Assembly: GCA_031441465.1 (NCBI GenBank)
Contig: JANOEP010000066.1
Location: 1 to 64,000, forward strand
From: a bacterium
GTDB lineage: Bacteria; Krumholzibacteriota; Krumholzibacteriia; LZORAL124-64-63
DNA: 64,000 nt
Reading direction: 5' to 3'
Below the pieces are notes generated by a model that saw nothing but the letters and a program-made list of their open reading frames with translations, was not told where the DNA came from and did no database searches. The position numbers and the translations under genes were made by a program. Shown piece after piece: positions 18,601 through 26,996 of this stretch. The first letter of the stretch is position 1; every line of letters begins with the position of its first letter.

Positions 18601-19057
18601 CCAGGCGCAGTCCGGCGGCAACGGCTTCGATGGCGCCGACGAGACCAGCGAGAACCTGACCGCGACCTGGGCCGTCCAGGCCGTGATCCCGGCGGCGCCC
18701 CCGATGCCCGAGGGCTCGGGCGAAGTGACCCTCGGCGTGCCGGCGCAGACCTTCCTGGCGTCCCGCGGCGAGACCTTCCGCATCACCTTCACGGCGTCGC
18801 CCGGGGCGGAGACGGTCCTGCGCATCCTCGACCTGAGCGGTCGCCTGGTGCGCCACCTCTACGACTCGCGCTTCGACGGCGACGCCTCGATCGTGCCCGA
18901 CACGCCGTCGATCAGGGTGTGGGACGGGCGCAACGAGACCTACGAGCTGGCCCGGGCCGGGATGTACGTCGTCCACCTCCAGGTGACCGACCCCAGGACA
19001 GGCAAGAGGATCGAAAAGACCGCACCGGCCGTGGTGTCCACGCGCCTGAGCAACTAG
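15620..19057 (+). CDS. large secreted protein: three extended lamin-tail-like (LTD) repeats, two Ig-like spacers, C-terminal FlgD-Ig/T9SS-like sorting domain
   Basis: Signal peptide ending VHA; 3x LL.(S/T)(E/K)V...E(F/Y)VEI.N...L...YL.D; C-terminal ILDLSGRLVR..WDGRN..AGMY. Confidence 0.85.
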   Translation: MTSQSRIPRRGAWIALVAATVAIATTVHAAADHLLISEVLVKERPGVTSYGSEYVEITNAGAAAADLAQVYLSDASNSLSASSYYYNLVTGGGAGGGGSSGDFHARFPAGATLAPGASVVVALRGSTAFQTSHGRLPDYELYEDGLAPDAVPELVEAFPGSIGFGLGNGATNTVPTSGWLDDVSETLVMYQWDGAADLVEDLDYLTWGTSTSLRINKTGVSVDGPDADGVASAYLADTAVGSQQALMTIHTYGKCFQRLGTDEGTETATGGNGATGHDETSENLPATWSVTVDQDPTSTGTAPLATPLVTAAETSPATPYNTLPVTVSATVLSPSGNAVNSVVLHWRTTAGWTETAATGGGSSWSAQIPTLTTGTVVQWYVTAAGTAGGSSALPHGAPLYARTYTVQQAPDPGDSPPHLLLTEVCVQGSDHEFVEIYNPTDEAVELDNFYLTDAVYTAQGYWLLPAGNPSSGTIGGGTFTDFQARFPAGATIEPGEALTMSLAGSDKFETVWGAAPDFEIREDGASADAIPNMREVFPGSLQGDEAGAWATLTNTAEIVVLYYWDGATNLVTDIDMFMWGSSTSARVDKTGVSVNGSTYAADTPVASQDQFMLAHEILGSFQRLDPGEGTETETGGNGPLGHNETSENVSGTWSAADGTPGVYEVVELAVTAATLLPQHPQPGEAAVVTAAVTGTAAVTGVTLRYALDGGAFTDVACTDNGNGTWSGTIPAQADGVEVAWYVTAAGAGGASAVWPEGGAAAAPTYTVETIVPGYGLAKLLMTKVCTLGTAAEFVEICNPNAFDVPLRNFYLTDAVYYESQAYWNLPNGTPSRATLGGGDFTDFLAKFPDEAVLAAGDTITVSIGGSQSFLSAWGVMPYYELFEDDDYEDAVDDLREVFDGSINGVTVPTLSNLSDTGTYINGEIVALFFWDGISDLVTDIDVFLWGEGNSYTVVKSGITIGASTYAAEAGYPDKFMTEHANGEAYVRVDATEGTQAQSGGNGFDGADETSENLTATWAVQAVIPAAPPMPEGSGEVTLGVPAQTFLASRGETFRITFTASPGAETVLRILDLSGRLVRHLYDSRFDGDASIVPDTPSIRVWDGRNETYELARAGMYVVHLQVTDPRTGKRIEKTAPAVVSTRLSN

Positions 19058-19072
19058 GGGAGGCTGAGAGGC

Positions 19073-19960
19073 ATGATCCGCAGCGCATCGATCACCGTCG
19101 CCCTCGTGCTCGGGCTGGCCGCGTCCACGGCGCAGGCGGCCTTCGAGAACGTCGACATCAGCCCGCGGGCGCGGGCCATGGGCGGCGCCGCCGTGGCGGT
19201 CGCCGACGACGCCTTCGCGCCCTTCTTCAACCCGGCCGGGATGGCGGGGCAGGAACGGGCCTCCCTGGGCAACTCCTACGTGAAGCCCTACGGCCTGAGC
19301 TTCAACGAGCAGATGTACTTCGGCGGCGTGGCGCCGCTGTCGGCGCGCCTGGGCGCGCTCGGCTTCGGCTACCGCCGCTTCGCCGTGACGTACCAGGACG
19401 TCGACCTCACGACCGAGAGCACCTTCACGCTGGCCCACGGCCTGACCCTGTACGAGGACCTCCACTCGACGATCAGCTTCGGCACGGCGCTGAACCTCTA
19501 CGACCTGGAGTACGCCGAGTCCGTCGGCGGCATCGACCCCGGGCACGCCAGCGTCGTGGGCGTGGACGTGGGCCTGCAGGTCGTCCTGCACGAGCGCACC
19601 CGCCTGGGTGTGATGGTCCGCAACCTGAACAACCCCCAGATCGGCCTGGACTACGAGGAACTCGTCCAGCAGTTGGCCGGCGGCATCTCCTACATGCCGT
19701 ACGACGGAGTCGTGACCGCCTTCGAGGTCGGCAACGCGCTCGACGGCCAGACGCGCTACCGCGGCGGCGTCGAGTTCGCCGTGCTCGGCGACCTGCGCCT
19801 GCGCGGCGGCGTGGCCACCAACCCCTCGCTGGTCACCGGCGGCTTCGGCTACGGCTACGGCGGGATCACGGTCGACTACGGCTTCTCGACGGGCGGCGGG
19901 GTGCTGTCCCCCAGCCACCAGTTCGGGATGACCTTCGCCTGGGGCGGTGAGGCGCCGTGA
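19073..19960 (+). CDS. PorV/PorQ-like small outer-membrane beta-barrel
   Basis: Signal peptide; RARAMGGA..A.ADD....NPAG N-terminal motif; amphipathic strands; C-terminal SHQFGMTFAW. Confidence 0.78.
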   Translation: MIRSASITVALVLGLAASTAQAAFENVDISPRARAMGGAAVAVADDAFAPFFNPAGMAGQERASLGNSYVKPYGLSFNEQMYFGGVAPLSARLGALGFGYRRFAVTYQDVDLTTESTFTLAHGLTLYEDLHSTISFGTALNLYDLEYAESVGGIDPGHASVVGVDVGLQVVLHERTRLGVMVRNLNNPQIGLDYEELVQQLAGGISYMPYDGVVTAFEVGNALDGQTRYRGGVEFAVLGDLRLRGGVATNPSLVTGGFGYGYGGITVDYGFSTGGGVLSPSHQFGMTFAWGGEAP

Positions 19961-22524
19961 GGAACACGATCGCAGCGGTGTGGATGGCGGCGCTGATGCT
20001 GGCCGCCGTCCCCGCCGCGCAGGCCTCGTCGGCGTCCGCCGGCAAGCTCGACCTCAACCAGGCCACGCTGGAGCAGATCCGCGGCCTGCCGGTGAGCGAG
20101 GAGCTGGCGCTGGCGATCGTCGACTACCGCACCTACGTCCGGTACTTCGGGAACGTCTACGACCTCATGGAGGTCGAGGGCATGACGCCGGCCGATCTGG
20201 CGGCGCTCAAGCCCCTGGTGATGACCCTGCCGCCCGCGCCCGCGGACGCCGGCATGGCCCGCCTCGCCGCCTCCTACGAGCAGGTCAGCGGTTTCCTGAG
20301 CCAGGAGGGCGCCAGCGAGGGTCTGGTCGACGAGTACCTCGACCTGATCCGCGACCCGGTCGACATCAACGGCCTGGACCTGTTCGACCTGATGTCCTTC
20401 CAGAACGTGTCGCCGGTGGACGCGAAGGCCATCCTGCGCGCCCGGCAGCGCATGGGCGCCTTCGTCGACGACCGCCAGCTGCGGCGCAGCGACGGCCTGA
20501 GCTACTTCGCCTTCCGCAACATCCGCGACTTCGTCGTCTACGGCGAGGGGGACCGGGCGGCCAAGGACCGCAAGGTCCACGGCAGCTACCAGCTGCGCTG
20601 GTACGACACGCCCTACGTTCTCGACGACAGCGACATCGCCGGCGCGGGCGGCCTGACCTCCGCCGACGCGATCACGGCCGGCACGCTGCTGACCGAAGGC
20701 GACGCCCACCTGACCCAGAAGCTGACCCTCGACCTGGGCGACGGCTTCCGGGCCGGGGTGCTGACGCACCGCGGACTGGGCGAGGGTTCCTGGCGCGAGA
20801 CGATGAAGGGCTACTACGGCGTCGACGACCGGCGCTTCGGCGACCTGCGGCTCAAGCGCCTGTACTTCGGCAACTACCGGGTCGCCTTCGGCCAGGGTTT
20901 GATCATGGACAACACGGACTTCATGATGAGCCGCAAGACCGGCTTCGGCTGGAACAAGCGGCCCATCGGCGTGCGCGGCGACCTGAGCCGCAGCCACGAG
21001 TTCGCCCTGACCGGTCTGGCCGCCGAGGCGAGCTACGGCCGCCTGCACGGCACGATGTTCCTGTCCTGGGACCGCAAGGACGGCATCCTGAACCCGGACG
21101 GGACGGTCAACCAGTACATCGTGATGAAACCGCGGCCGACCGACGACTGGCTGGGCGACCACCTGGGCTTCGAGGCCGGGCGCTCCTACTCCGTCGGCGC
21201 GCTCAAGGACACCCCGACGCTCCTGAAGCGCGACGCCTTCCGCGAGGACATCGTCGGCGGCAACCTGAAGTTCATGCTCGACGACGCCTCCTTCATCGGC
21301 GTGACGGCCTACGAGGCCAAGTACGACCGGGCCTTCGACGCCGATCCGGCCACCCTGGTCAGCTACTACAGCCTGGTGGACCGCGACCTGCTGGAGGCCC
21401 GCGACAGCGAGCTGTGGTCGGGCTACACGAGCGTCGAGCAGGACGCGGCGGCGGGCACGCGCACCGAGCACAAGTTCCGCCGCGTCTACGGCGCCGAGTT
21501 CCAGACGGTCATCGACAACGTGTCGCTGCAGGGCGAGTACGGCGTCCTGCAGGACCCGAAGGCCGGCTGGTTCCACGGGCAGAGCCCCGACGCCCTGGTC
21601 CTGAACGCCTTCGCCCAGTGGGACGACCTGAACCTGCTGGCGCTGTACCGCGACTACGACCTGGGCTTCGACAACCCCTACAACCGGGCCTTCTCGAACG
21701 ACAACCGCTACGAGCAGACCCTGCTGGACTCGCCGTTCCGCCTGAACGACGACCTCTACTCCTGGCTGGCGGTCAACACGCCGCAGCCGAAACCGGAGCA
21801 GGGCGTCTTCCTGTCCACGCGCTACCGCATCAGCCGCACCCTGATCCTCAACGGCCTGGAATACGACCAGTGGCAGCGCAAGTCCGACAACGCCGACCTG
21901 CAGCGCTACACGGTGCGCCTGGAATACCAGCCCACGTTCAACCTGCGGCTGCGCCTGCGCCACCGCTTCAGCAGCCGCAGCGAGACCAACCCCGACGACG
22001 TGCGCTGGTTCCGCTCCTGGGAGTCCCGCTTCGAATTGATCACGCTGCTGAGCGACATGAACCGGCTGCGCTTCATGTACATGACCAGCAACGTGATGTT
22101 CCCGCCGCGGGCCCGCCTCAGCGGCACCCCCGACGGGGGCACGACGCCCTACGAGGACGACGGCATCCCGGGCGTCGGCACGGCCGGCATGCCCGCCCAC
22201 GCGTTCCAGGCGATGTACGAGCACCGCCTGTCGCCCGGCGTCTCGCTGAGCCTGAGCACCGAGATCTACAACGGCTTCGTCTGGAACTTCGAAGGCAACG
22301 AGTTCGTGGTCGTCGACGGCCGCGGCTTCCGCAACTGGGCCAGCATCGAGAGCCGCGTGTCGGACCGGCTGTTCTTCCAGATCAAGGCGACGCGGGACCA
22401 CAACCTCCCGCGGACCTACCTCGACGTGCGCGCCTTCCAGGACGCGTACGGCGTCGACATCGAGAGCAGCTACGCGCCGCGGGACTGGACGACGTTCCGC
22501 ATGCAGCTCGACTACACCTTCTGA
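19957..22524 (+). CDS. outer-membrane beta-barrel with two N-terminal ComEA-type helix-hairpin-helix domains
   Basis: LDLNQAT.EQI..LP....A.AIVDYR and VDIN......A.AI..R...G.F HhH_3 motifs; ends FRMQLDYTF (beta-signal). Confidence 0.85.
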   Translation: MRNTIAAVWMAALMLAAVPAAQASSASAGKLDLNQATLEQIRGLPVSEELALAIVDYRTYVRYFGNVYDLMEVEGMTPADLAALKPLVMTLPPAPADAGMARLAASYEQVSGFLSQEGASEGLVDEYLDLIRDPVDINGLDLFDLMSFQNVSPVDAKAILRARQRMGAFVDDRQLRRSDGLSYFAFRNIRDFVVYGEGDRAAKDRKVHGSYQLRWYDTPYVLDDSDIAGAGGLTSADAITAGTLLTEGDAHLTQKLTLDLGDGFRAGVLTHRGLGEGSWRETMKGYYGVDDRRFGDLRLKRLYFGNYRVAFGQGLIMDNTDFMMSRKTGFGWNKRPIGVRGDLSRSHEFALTGLAAEASYGRLHGTMFLSWDRKDGILNPDGTVNQYIVMKPRPTDDWLGDHLGFEAGRSYSVGALKDTPTLLKRDAFREDIVGGNLKFMLDDASFIGVTAYEAKYDRAFDADPATLVSYYSLVDRDLLEARDSELWSGYTSVEQDAAAGTRTEHKFRRVYGAEFQTVIDNVSLQGEYGVLQDPKAGWFHGQSPDALVLNAFAQWDDLNLLALYRDYDLGFDNPYNRAFSNDNRYEQTLLDSPFRLNDDLYSWLAVNTPQPKPEQGVFLSTRYRISRTLILNGLEYDQWQRKSDNADLQRYTVRLEYQPTFNLRLRLRHRFSSRSETNPDDVRWFRSWESRFELITLLSDMNRLRFMYMTSNVMFPPRARLSGTPDGGTTPYEDDGIPGVGTAGMPAHAFQAMYEHRLSPGVSLSLSTEIYNGFVWNFEGNEFVVVDGRGFRNWASIESRVSDRLFFQIKATRDHNLPRTYLDVRAFQDAYGVDIESSYAPRDWTTFRMQLDYTF

Positions 22525-22540
22525 CCGGGAGATCGAGACG

Positions 22541-23830
22541 ATGATGCTCACGACCAGGAATCACAGCGGAACCGCGGCGGCGGCCGGGCTGCTCGCGCTC
22601 CTGTCGCTCGCCGCGCCGCGGCCCGCCGGCGCCGGCCAGGCGCTGAACGCCGCCTACGGCGACGTCGCGAACTTCCGGCACCCGGAACTCGAGGCCATGT
22701 CGGGCACCGGCGCGGCGCTGTACCGCGGCGGCTTCTCCGCCGTGCTGAACCCCGCCATGCTCGGCGAGGCCGCCGGCTGGCGCCTCGACGCGGCCGGCTC
22801 GCTGGCCCAGGACCACGAGGACCGCTTCCAGCCCCTATGGGACAGCTTCGGCAGCTACATCACCGACACGGCGATCGCCAGCAACCGCAGCCACGACTTC
22901 GACACGGGCTTCGCCCTGTCCGGCCGCGCCCTGCCGCGGCTCGGCGTCGGGGCCGCCCTGACGACCCGCTACGATTTCGGCTACGAGTTCCGCGAGGAGG
23001 TCCGCGACCCGAGCACCACCGCCAACCCCTACGACCAGATCCTCGAGGAGCGCTCGGTCGTCGGCGGCGGCAGCCTGCGCGACCTGAGCGCGGCAGCGGC
23101 CTGGGAGCCCGGCCCGGGCGTCTCGCTGGGCGCCACGGTCCACTACGTCTTCGGGACCCGCACCCTGGACACCGACCGGCGCGACGTGCAGGTCCCCGCC
23201 GACAGCTACCTGGTCGCCGAGTCGCACGACGCCGACGGCCTCAACGCCACCCTGGGCGTGCGCGCGTGCGCAGGCGAGCGCCTCGTCGTGGGCGCGGCCT
23301 GGGACACGCCCCTGAAGGTCGAGGGCGACTGGACCACGACCACCACGCTGGGCGCCGCCGCCCCTGTGGCCGCGGTCGAGGGCGTCTCGGTGCGCTACCC
23401 CGGCCGCCTGCGGGCCGGCTTCGCCTACTACCCCCGCTCCGAGCCCAGGACCGTCTTCGCCGCCGACGTCGTCTACACCGAGTGGAAGGAGCTGCAGGAC
23501 AGCCGCGACGCGGCCGCCGGCGCCGCCCTGGAGAACACGATGGACGTGCAGCTCGGCGTGCAGCACACGTTCTACAACGGCATGCCCCTGCGCTTCGGCT
23601 TCCGCCACCTGGACAGCTACGCCGACGGCGAGGCCGGCACGGCGAGCTTCAGCGCGGGCGTGGGGTTCCCCTACGCGGCCGGGATGTTCTCCGTCTCGGC
23701 GGAGCTGGGCAAGCAGAGCAGCCGCCAGGAGCACTGGTTCGACTATCCGGACGGGTACGCCGTGGCGCCGACGTCGCGCGTGGAGGACAACCGGTTCCGC
23801 GTGGGCGCGGGCCTGACCTACGCCTTCTAG
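22541..23830 (+). CDS. FadL/OmpP1-like outer-membrane beta-barrel
   Basis: Signal peptide; AMSGTG...NPAML hatch-like motif; ends VGAGLTYAF. Confidence 0.7.
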   Translation: MMLTTRNHSGTAAAAGLLALLSLAAPRPAGAGQALNAAYGDVANFRHPELEAMSGTGAALYRGGFSAVLNPAMLGEAAGWRLDAAGSLAQDHEDRFQPLWDSFGSYITDTAIASNRSHDFDTGFALSGRALPRLGVGAALTTRYDFGYEFREEVRDPSTTANPYDQILEERSVVGGGSLRDLSAAAAWEPGPGVSLGATVHYVFGTRTLDTDRRDVQVPADSYLVAESHDADGLNATLGVRACAGERLVVGAAWDTPLKVEGDWTTTTTLGAAAPVAAVEGVSVRYPGRLRAGFAYYPRSEPRTVFAADVVYTEWKELQDSRDAAAGAALENTMDVQLGVQHTFYNGMPLRFGFRHLDSYADGEAGTASFSAGVGFPYAAGMFSVSAELGKQSSRQEHWFDYPDGYAVAPTSRVEDNRFRVGAGLTYAF

Positions 23831-23861
23831 CCGGGGGGGCGATCCCCCGCGAGGAGTGACC

Positions 23862-25604
23862 ATGAGCATCTGCGCCCGTCGCCTGCGCCCCGCGGCCGCG
23901 GCCCTGGCCTTCATCCTGCTCGCCCTCGCCGGTGCCTCCGGCGGGGCCGGGACCGCCGACGCGCCGCAGGAGCCGGCCCGGCTGCACCTGATCTGGACGA
24001 ACGACGTCCACGGTCACATCGCGCCGGAGCCGGCGCGCTTCATGAACCCGTCGTTCCCGCCGCCGCTGGGAGGCGGCGCTTCCCTGGCGAACTACCTCGC
24101 CGGGGTGCGCGAGGAGGCCGCCGCCGCGGGCGAGGACGTCCTGGTGGTCGATGTGGGCGACTTCTTCCAGGGCACGCCCGTGGGCTCCAAGACCAAGGGC
24201 GACGCCGTCATGGCCTACTTCGAGGCGCTCCGCTACGACGTGATCGTGCCGGGCAACCACGACTTCGACATGGGGCGCGACAACACCGCGCGCCTGGCCA
24301 ACGGCACCCGCATCCCCTTCGTCTGTGCCAACCTGCGCGACGCCGAGGACGGCGAGACCGTCGACTGGTGCGTGCCGACGCTCATGCTCGATCGGGCCGG
24401 CCTGAAGATCGGCGTCATCGGCATCCTGACCACCGGCACCGAGCACATGTCCTTCCCGGCCAACATCGAGGGCCTGATCTTCGACCCCATGGTGCCCGTC
24501 ATCGAAACCTGGCGCGACCGGTTGCGGGCCGACGGCGCCGACCTCATCTTCCTGCTGATCCACGAGGGCCTGCCCTTCGACCCGCTGGAGGGTTGGCGGC
24601 GCATCGTGGGCGCCGGTGGCGAGGCCGAGACCGGCCAGTCGGAGTCCCAGGGCGGGACCTACGGCACCGTGACCGGCGGCGCTATGAACCTCATGGAGAT
24701 CGTCAACGCGGTGGAGGGCATCGACGTCGCGGTGGGCGGGCACACGCACCGCGGCTACGAGCAGCCCTGGATCGACCCCATGACCCACACGCTCTGCTTC
24801 GAGAGCTTCGGCAACGGATCGAGCGTGGGCCACGCCATCCTGGAGATCGACCCCGCCACGCGCACGCTGCTGGGCTACGATTCCCCGCACGACCGCGGCG
24901 TCCTGATCACCCTCTTCGAGGACGAGCTGTGGCCCGACCCGGCGATGCGGCGGGTCCTGCAGCCCTACATCGCGAAGGCCGACGCGGAGATGGGGAAGGT
25001 CGTCGGCAGCTCGGCGGTCAACCTCACGCGCGGCGATCCCGGCGCCTCCCTGATGGGCAACCTCGTCACCGACGCGATGCGGGAGTACTTCGAGGCCGAC
25101 TTCTCGTTCCAGAATCTCGGCGGCCTGCGCGCCGACGTCCCCGCCGGCAACATCACGGCGCGCGACGTCTTCAGCGTGCTGCCCTTCGGCAACGAGCTGG
25201 TCGTGGTGCGGATGCCGGGTTCCCTGATCCGGACCCTGGTCGAGCGCAAGGTCGCCGGCGACTCGGGCGGCATCTGCGTCTCCGGCATCCGCATGACCTA
25301 CAACAAGCAGCGCCCCGACGGCGACCGGGTCTGCGAGCTGGAGATCGCCGGTGGGCCGCTGGAGCCCGACCGCATGTACAACGTGGTCACCACCACCTTC
25401 CTCATGGAAGGCAACAGCGGTCTGGACTTCCTGACCACCGTACCCGCGCAGGACATCGAACTGACCCAGATCACGATCGACGCGGCCCTGGAGGGCTACC
25501 TGGAAAAGCACAACCCCGTGCGGCCCCGCGTGGACGATCGCTGGGTCGAGGACGTCTCGGGCGTCCAGGCCCCCTACCTGGCGAGGACCCCGTCGGCCGA
25601 CTGA
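23862..25604 (+). CDS. secreted 5'-nucleotidase / bifunctional metallophosphoesterase (UshA-like)
   Basis: TNDVHG, DVGDFFQG, GNHDFD, H.G, GGHTH; C-terminal domain N.GGLR, LPFGN; signal peptide. Confidence 0.93.
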   Translation: MSICARRLRPAAAALAFILLALAGASGGAGTADAPQEPARLHLIWTNDVHGHIAPEPARFMNPSFPPPLGGGASLANYLAGVREEAAAAGEDVLVVDVGDFFQGTPVGSKTKGDAVMAYFEALRYDVIVPGNHDFDMGRDNTARLANGTRIPFVCANLRDAEDGETVDWCVPTLMLDRAGLKIGVIGILTTGTEHMSFPANIEGLIFDPMVPVIETWRDRLRADGADLIFLLIHEGLPFDPLEGWRRIVGAGGEAETGQSESQGGTYGTVTGGAMNLMEIVNAVEGIDVAVGGHTHRGYEQPWIDPMTHTLCFESFGNGSSVGHAILEIDPATRTLLGYDSPHDRGVLITLFEDELWPDPAMRRVLQPYIAKADAEMGKVVGSSAVNLTRGDPGASLMGNLVTDAMREYFEADFSFQNLGGLRADVPAGNITARDVFSVLPFGNELVVVRMPGSLIRTLVERKVAGDSGGICVSGIRMTYNKQRPDGDRVCELEIAGGPLEPDRMYNVVTTTFLMEGNSGLDFLTTVPAQDIELTQITIDAALEGYLEKHNPVRPRVDDRWVEDVSGVQAPYLARTPSAD

Positions 25605-25627
25605 AATCCTGCCGGTGTTTCCGCCTC

Positions 25628-25671
25628 AAGCCCGTCCGCCGCTTACCGATGAAGGTGCGGAGGACGGGCTT
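25628..25671 (+). terminator. long imperfect hairpin, possible terminator of the upstream operon
   Basis: AAGCCCGTCC...GGACGGGCTT outer stem with inner CCGC/ACC..GGT/GCGG pairing; weak U-tract. Confidence 0.4.
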
Positions 25672-25742
25672 CCGCTTTCCCGCCCGCCGCCACGAAGAAC
25701 GACGGGGATCCGGCCCGGCCGGACCAACCGAGGAGACGCTGC

Positions 25743-26990
25743 GTGATCGAGCTGAAGACGGGTGTGGTCAACGAGCAGCTGCGTCGCTTTCGTCTGCGCA
25801 TGAACCGCATGGTCGTGGGCCAGCCCGCCGCCACGGACCGGATCGCGGACTGCTTCAGCCGCCTGATCGCCGGGATCCACGATCCCGAGCGGCCGCTGCT
25901 CACGATGATGTTCCTGGGGCCGACCGGCGTCGGCAAGACCGAGACGGTGCGCTGCCTGGCCGAGTCGCTGTTCGGCGACCGCCGGGCCTTCACGCGCATC
26001 AACTGCCAGGAGTTCTCGGCCCACTACAACATCTCCAAGCTGCTGGGCTCGCCGCCGGGCTACGTGGGCGGCGAGATCCGGCCGCTGCTGGCCCAGGAGA
26101 ATCTCGACAAGCACCACCTCAAGGCGCTGGAGAAGCGCTCGGGCATGATCTGCGAGGACGGCGGCAAGCTGGCCGACATGTACCCGTCCGACTCGCCGCG
26201 CCGCCTGTCGCTCGTGCTGTTCGACGAGATCGAGAAGGCCCACCCCAAGATGTGGAACACTCTGCTGGGGATCCTCGAGGACGGGCACCTCGTCCTGGCG
26301 AACAACGAGGAAGTGGACTTCACCGGTTCGATCATCGTGCTGACCTCCAACGTGGGCAGCCAGGCGATGAACGAGCGGCTCAGCCGCAGCGGCATCGGTT
26401 TCCGCGCCGCCGACGGCGACGCGGGCCTGGACCGCGACCTCGAGGCCGCCGTCTCCCGCGAGGCGAAGAAGATCTTCCCGATGGAGTTCCTGAACCGCTT
26501 CGACGAGCAGATCACCTACCACACGCTGAAGCGCGAGCACCTCTTCGAGATCCTGGACAACCAGATCTCCCAGGTGCACCATCGCGCGCTGGGCAGCGCC
26601 GAGCCCTTCCTGCTGGAGGTCACCCGCCGCGCGAAGGAGCGCCTGGTCGAGGAGGGCACCGACCCCGAGTACGGCGCCCGCCCCCTGAAGCGCGTGGTGG
26701 AGAAGCGGATCGTGACGCCGGTGTCGCACTACATCTGCAGCGACCAGATCCGCCGCGGCGACCTCGTCATGATCGACCACGACGGCGACGGCTTCGTGTT
26801 CCTGAAGGAGCCGGGCATCGATTGGGAGCGCGACGAGCTGGCCGAGAGGGTCACCGCCGCCGGCAAGTGGGCGCGCACCGATCTCGGCGTGCGCGACGAC
26901 GGCGGCGAGAAGAAGAAGATGGTCGAGGAGGCCGGGCAGGCGACGGGGCCGGTGCCGGCCGAAGCCCTGACCGGCGCCGTGCCCGACTGA
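25743..26990 (+). CDS. ClpA/B/C-family AAA+ ATPase containing only the D2 module
   Basis: GPTGVGKT, GSPPGYVG, LFDEIEKAH, TSNVG, GIGF, EFLNRFD, YGARPL; no N-domain or D1. Confidence 0.9.
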   Translation: MIELKTGVVNEQLRRFRLRMNRMVVGQPAATDRIADCFSRLIAGIHDPERPLLTMMFLGPTGVGKTETVRCLAESLFGDRRAFTRINCQEFSAHYNISKLLGSPPGYVGGEIRPLLAQENLDKHHLKALEKRSGMICEDGGKLADMYPSDSPRRLSLVLFDEIEKAHPKMWNTLLGILEDGHLVLANNEEVDFTGSIIVLTSNVGSQAMNERLSRSGIGFRAADGDAGLDRDLEAAVSREAKKIFPMEFLNRFDEQITYHTLKREHLFEILDNQISQVHHRALGSAEPFLLEVTRRAKERLVEEGTDPEYGARPLKRVVEKRIVTPVSHYICSDQIRRGDLVMIDHDGDGFVFLKEPGIDWERDELAERVTAAGKWARTDLGVRDDGGEKKKMVEEAGQATGPVPAEALTGAVPD

Positions 26991-26996
26991 TCCGGG

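Noticed and set aside
15545..19918. 1457-aa minus-strand ORF and similar long antisense ORFs (e.g. 19876-22551, 8386-10347, 61406-63769)
   Set aside because: These are shadow frames of well-supported genes in high-GC DNA and carry no recognisable motifs.
15620..25604. Classical competence locus or SusC/D PUL
   Set aside because: No comEC, pilin, secretin, TonB-dependent plug or SusD-like lipoprotein is recognisable.
25626..25652. sigma28-like TCAAG-N14-ACCGATGA upstream of the Clp ATPase
   Set aside because: It has mismatches to consensus, lies inside a hairpin and has no supporting context.
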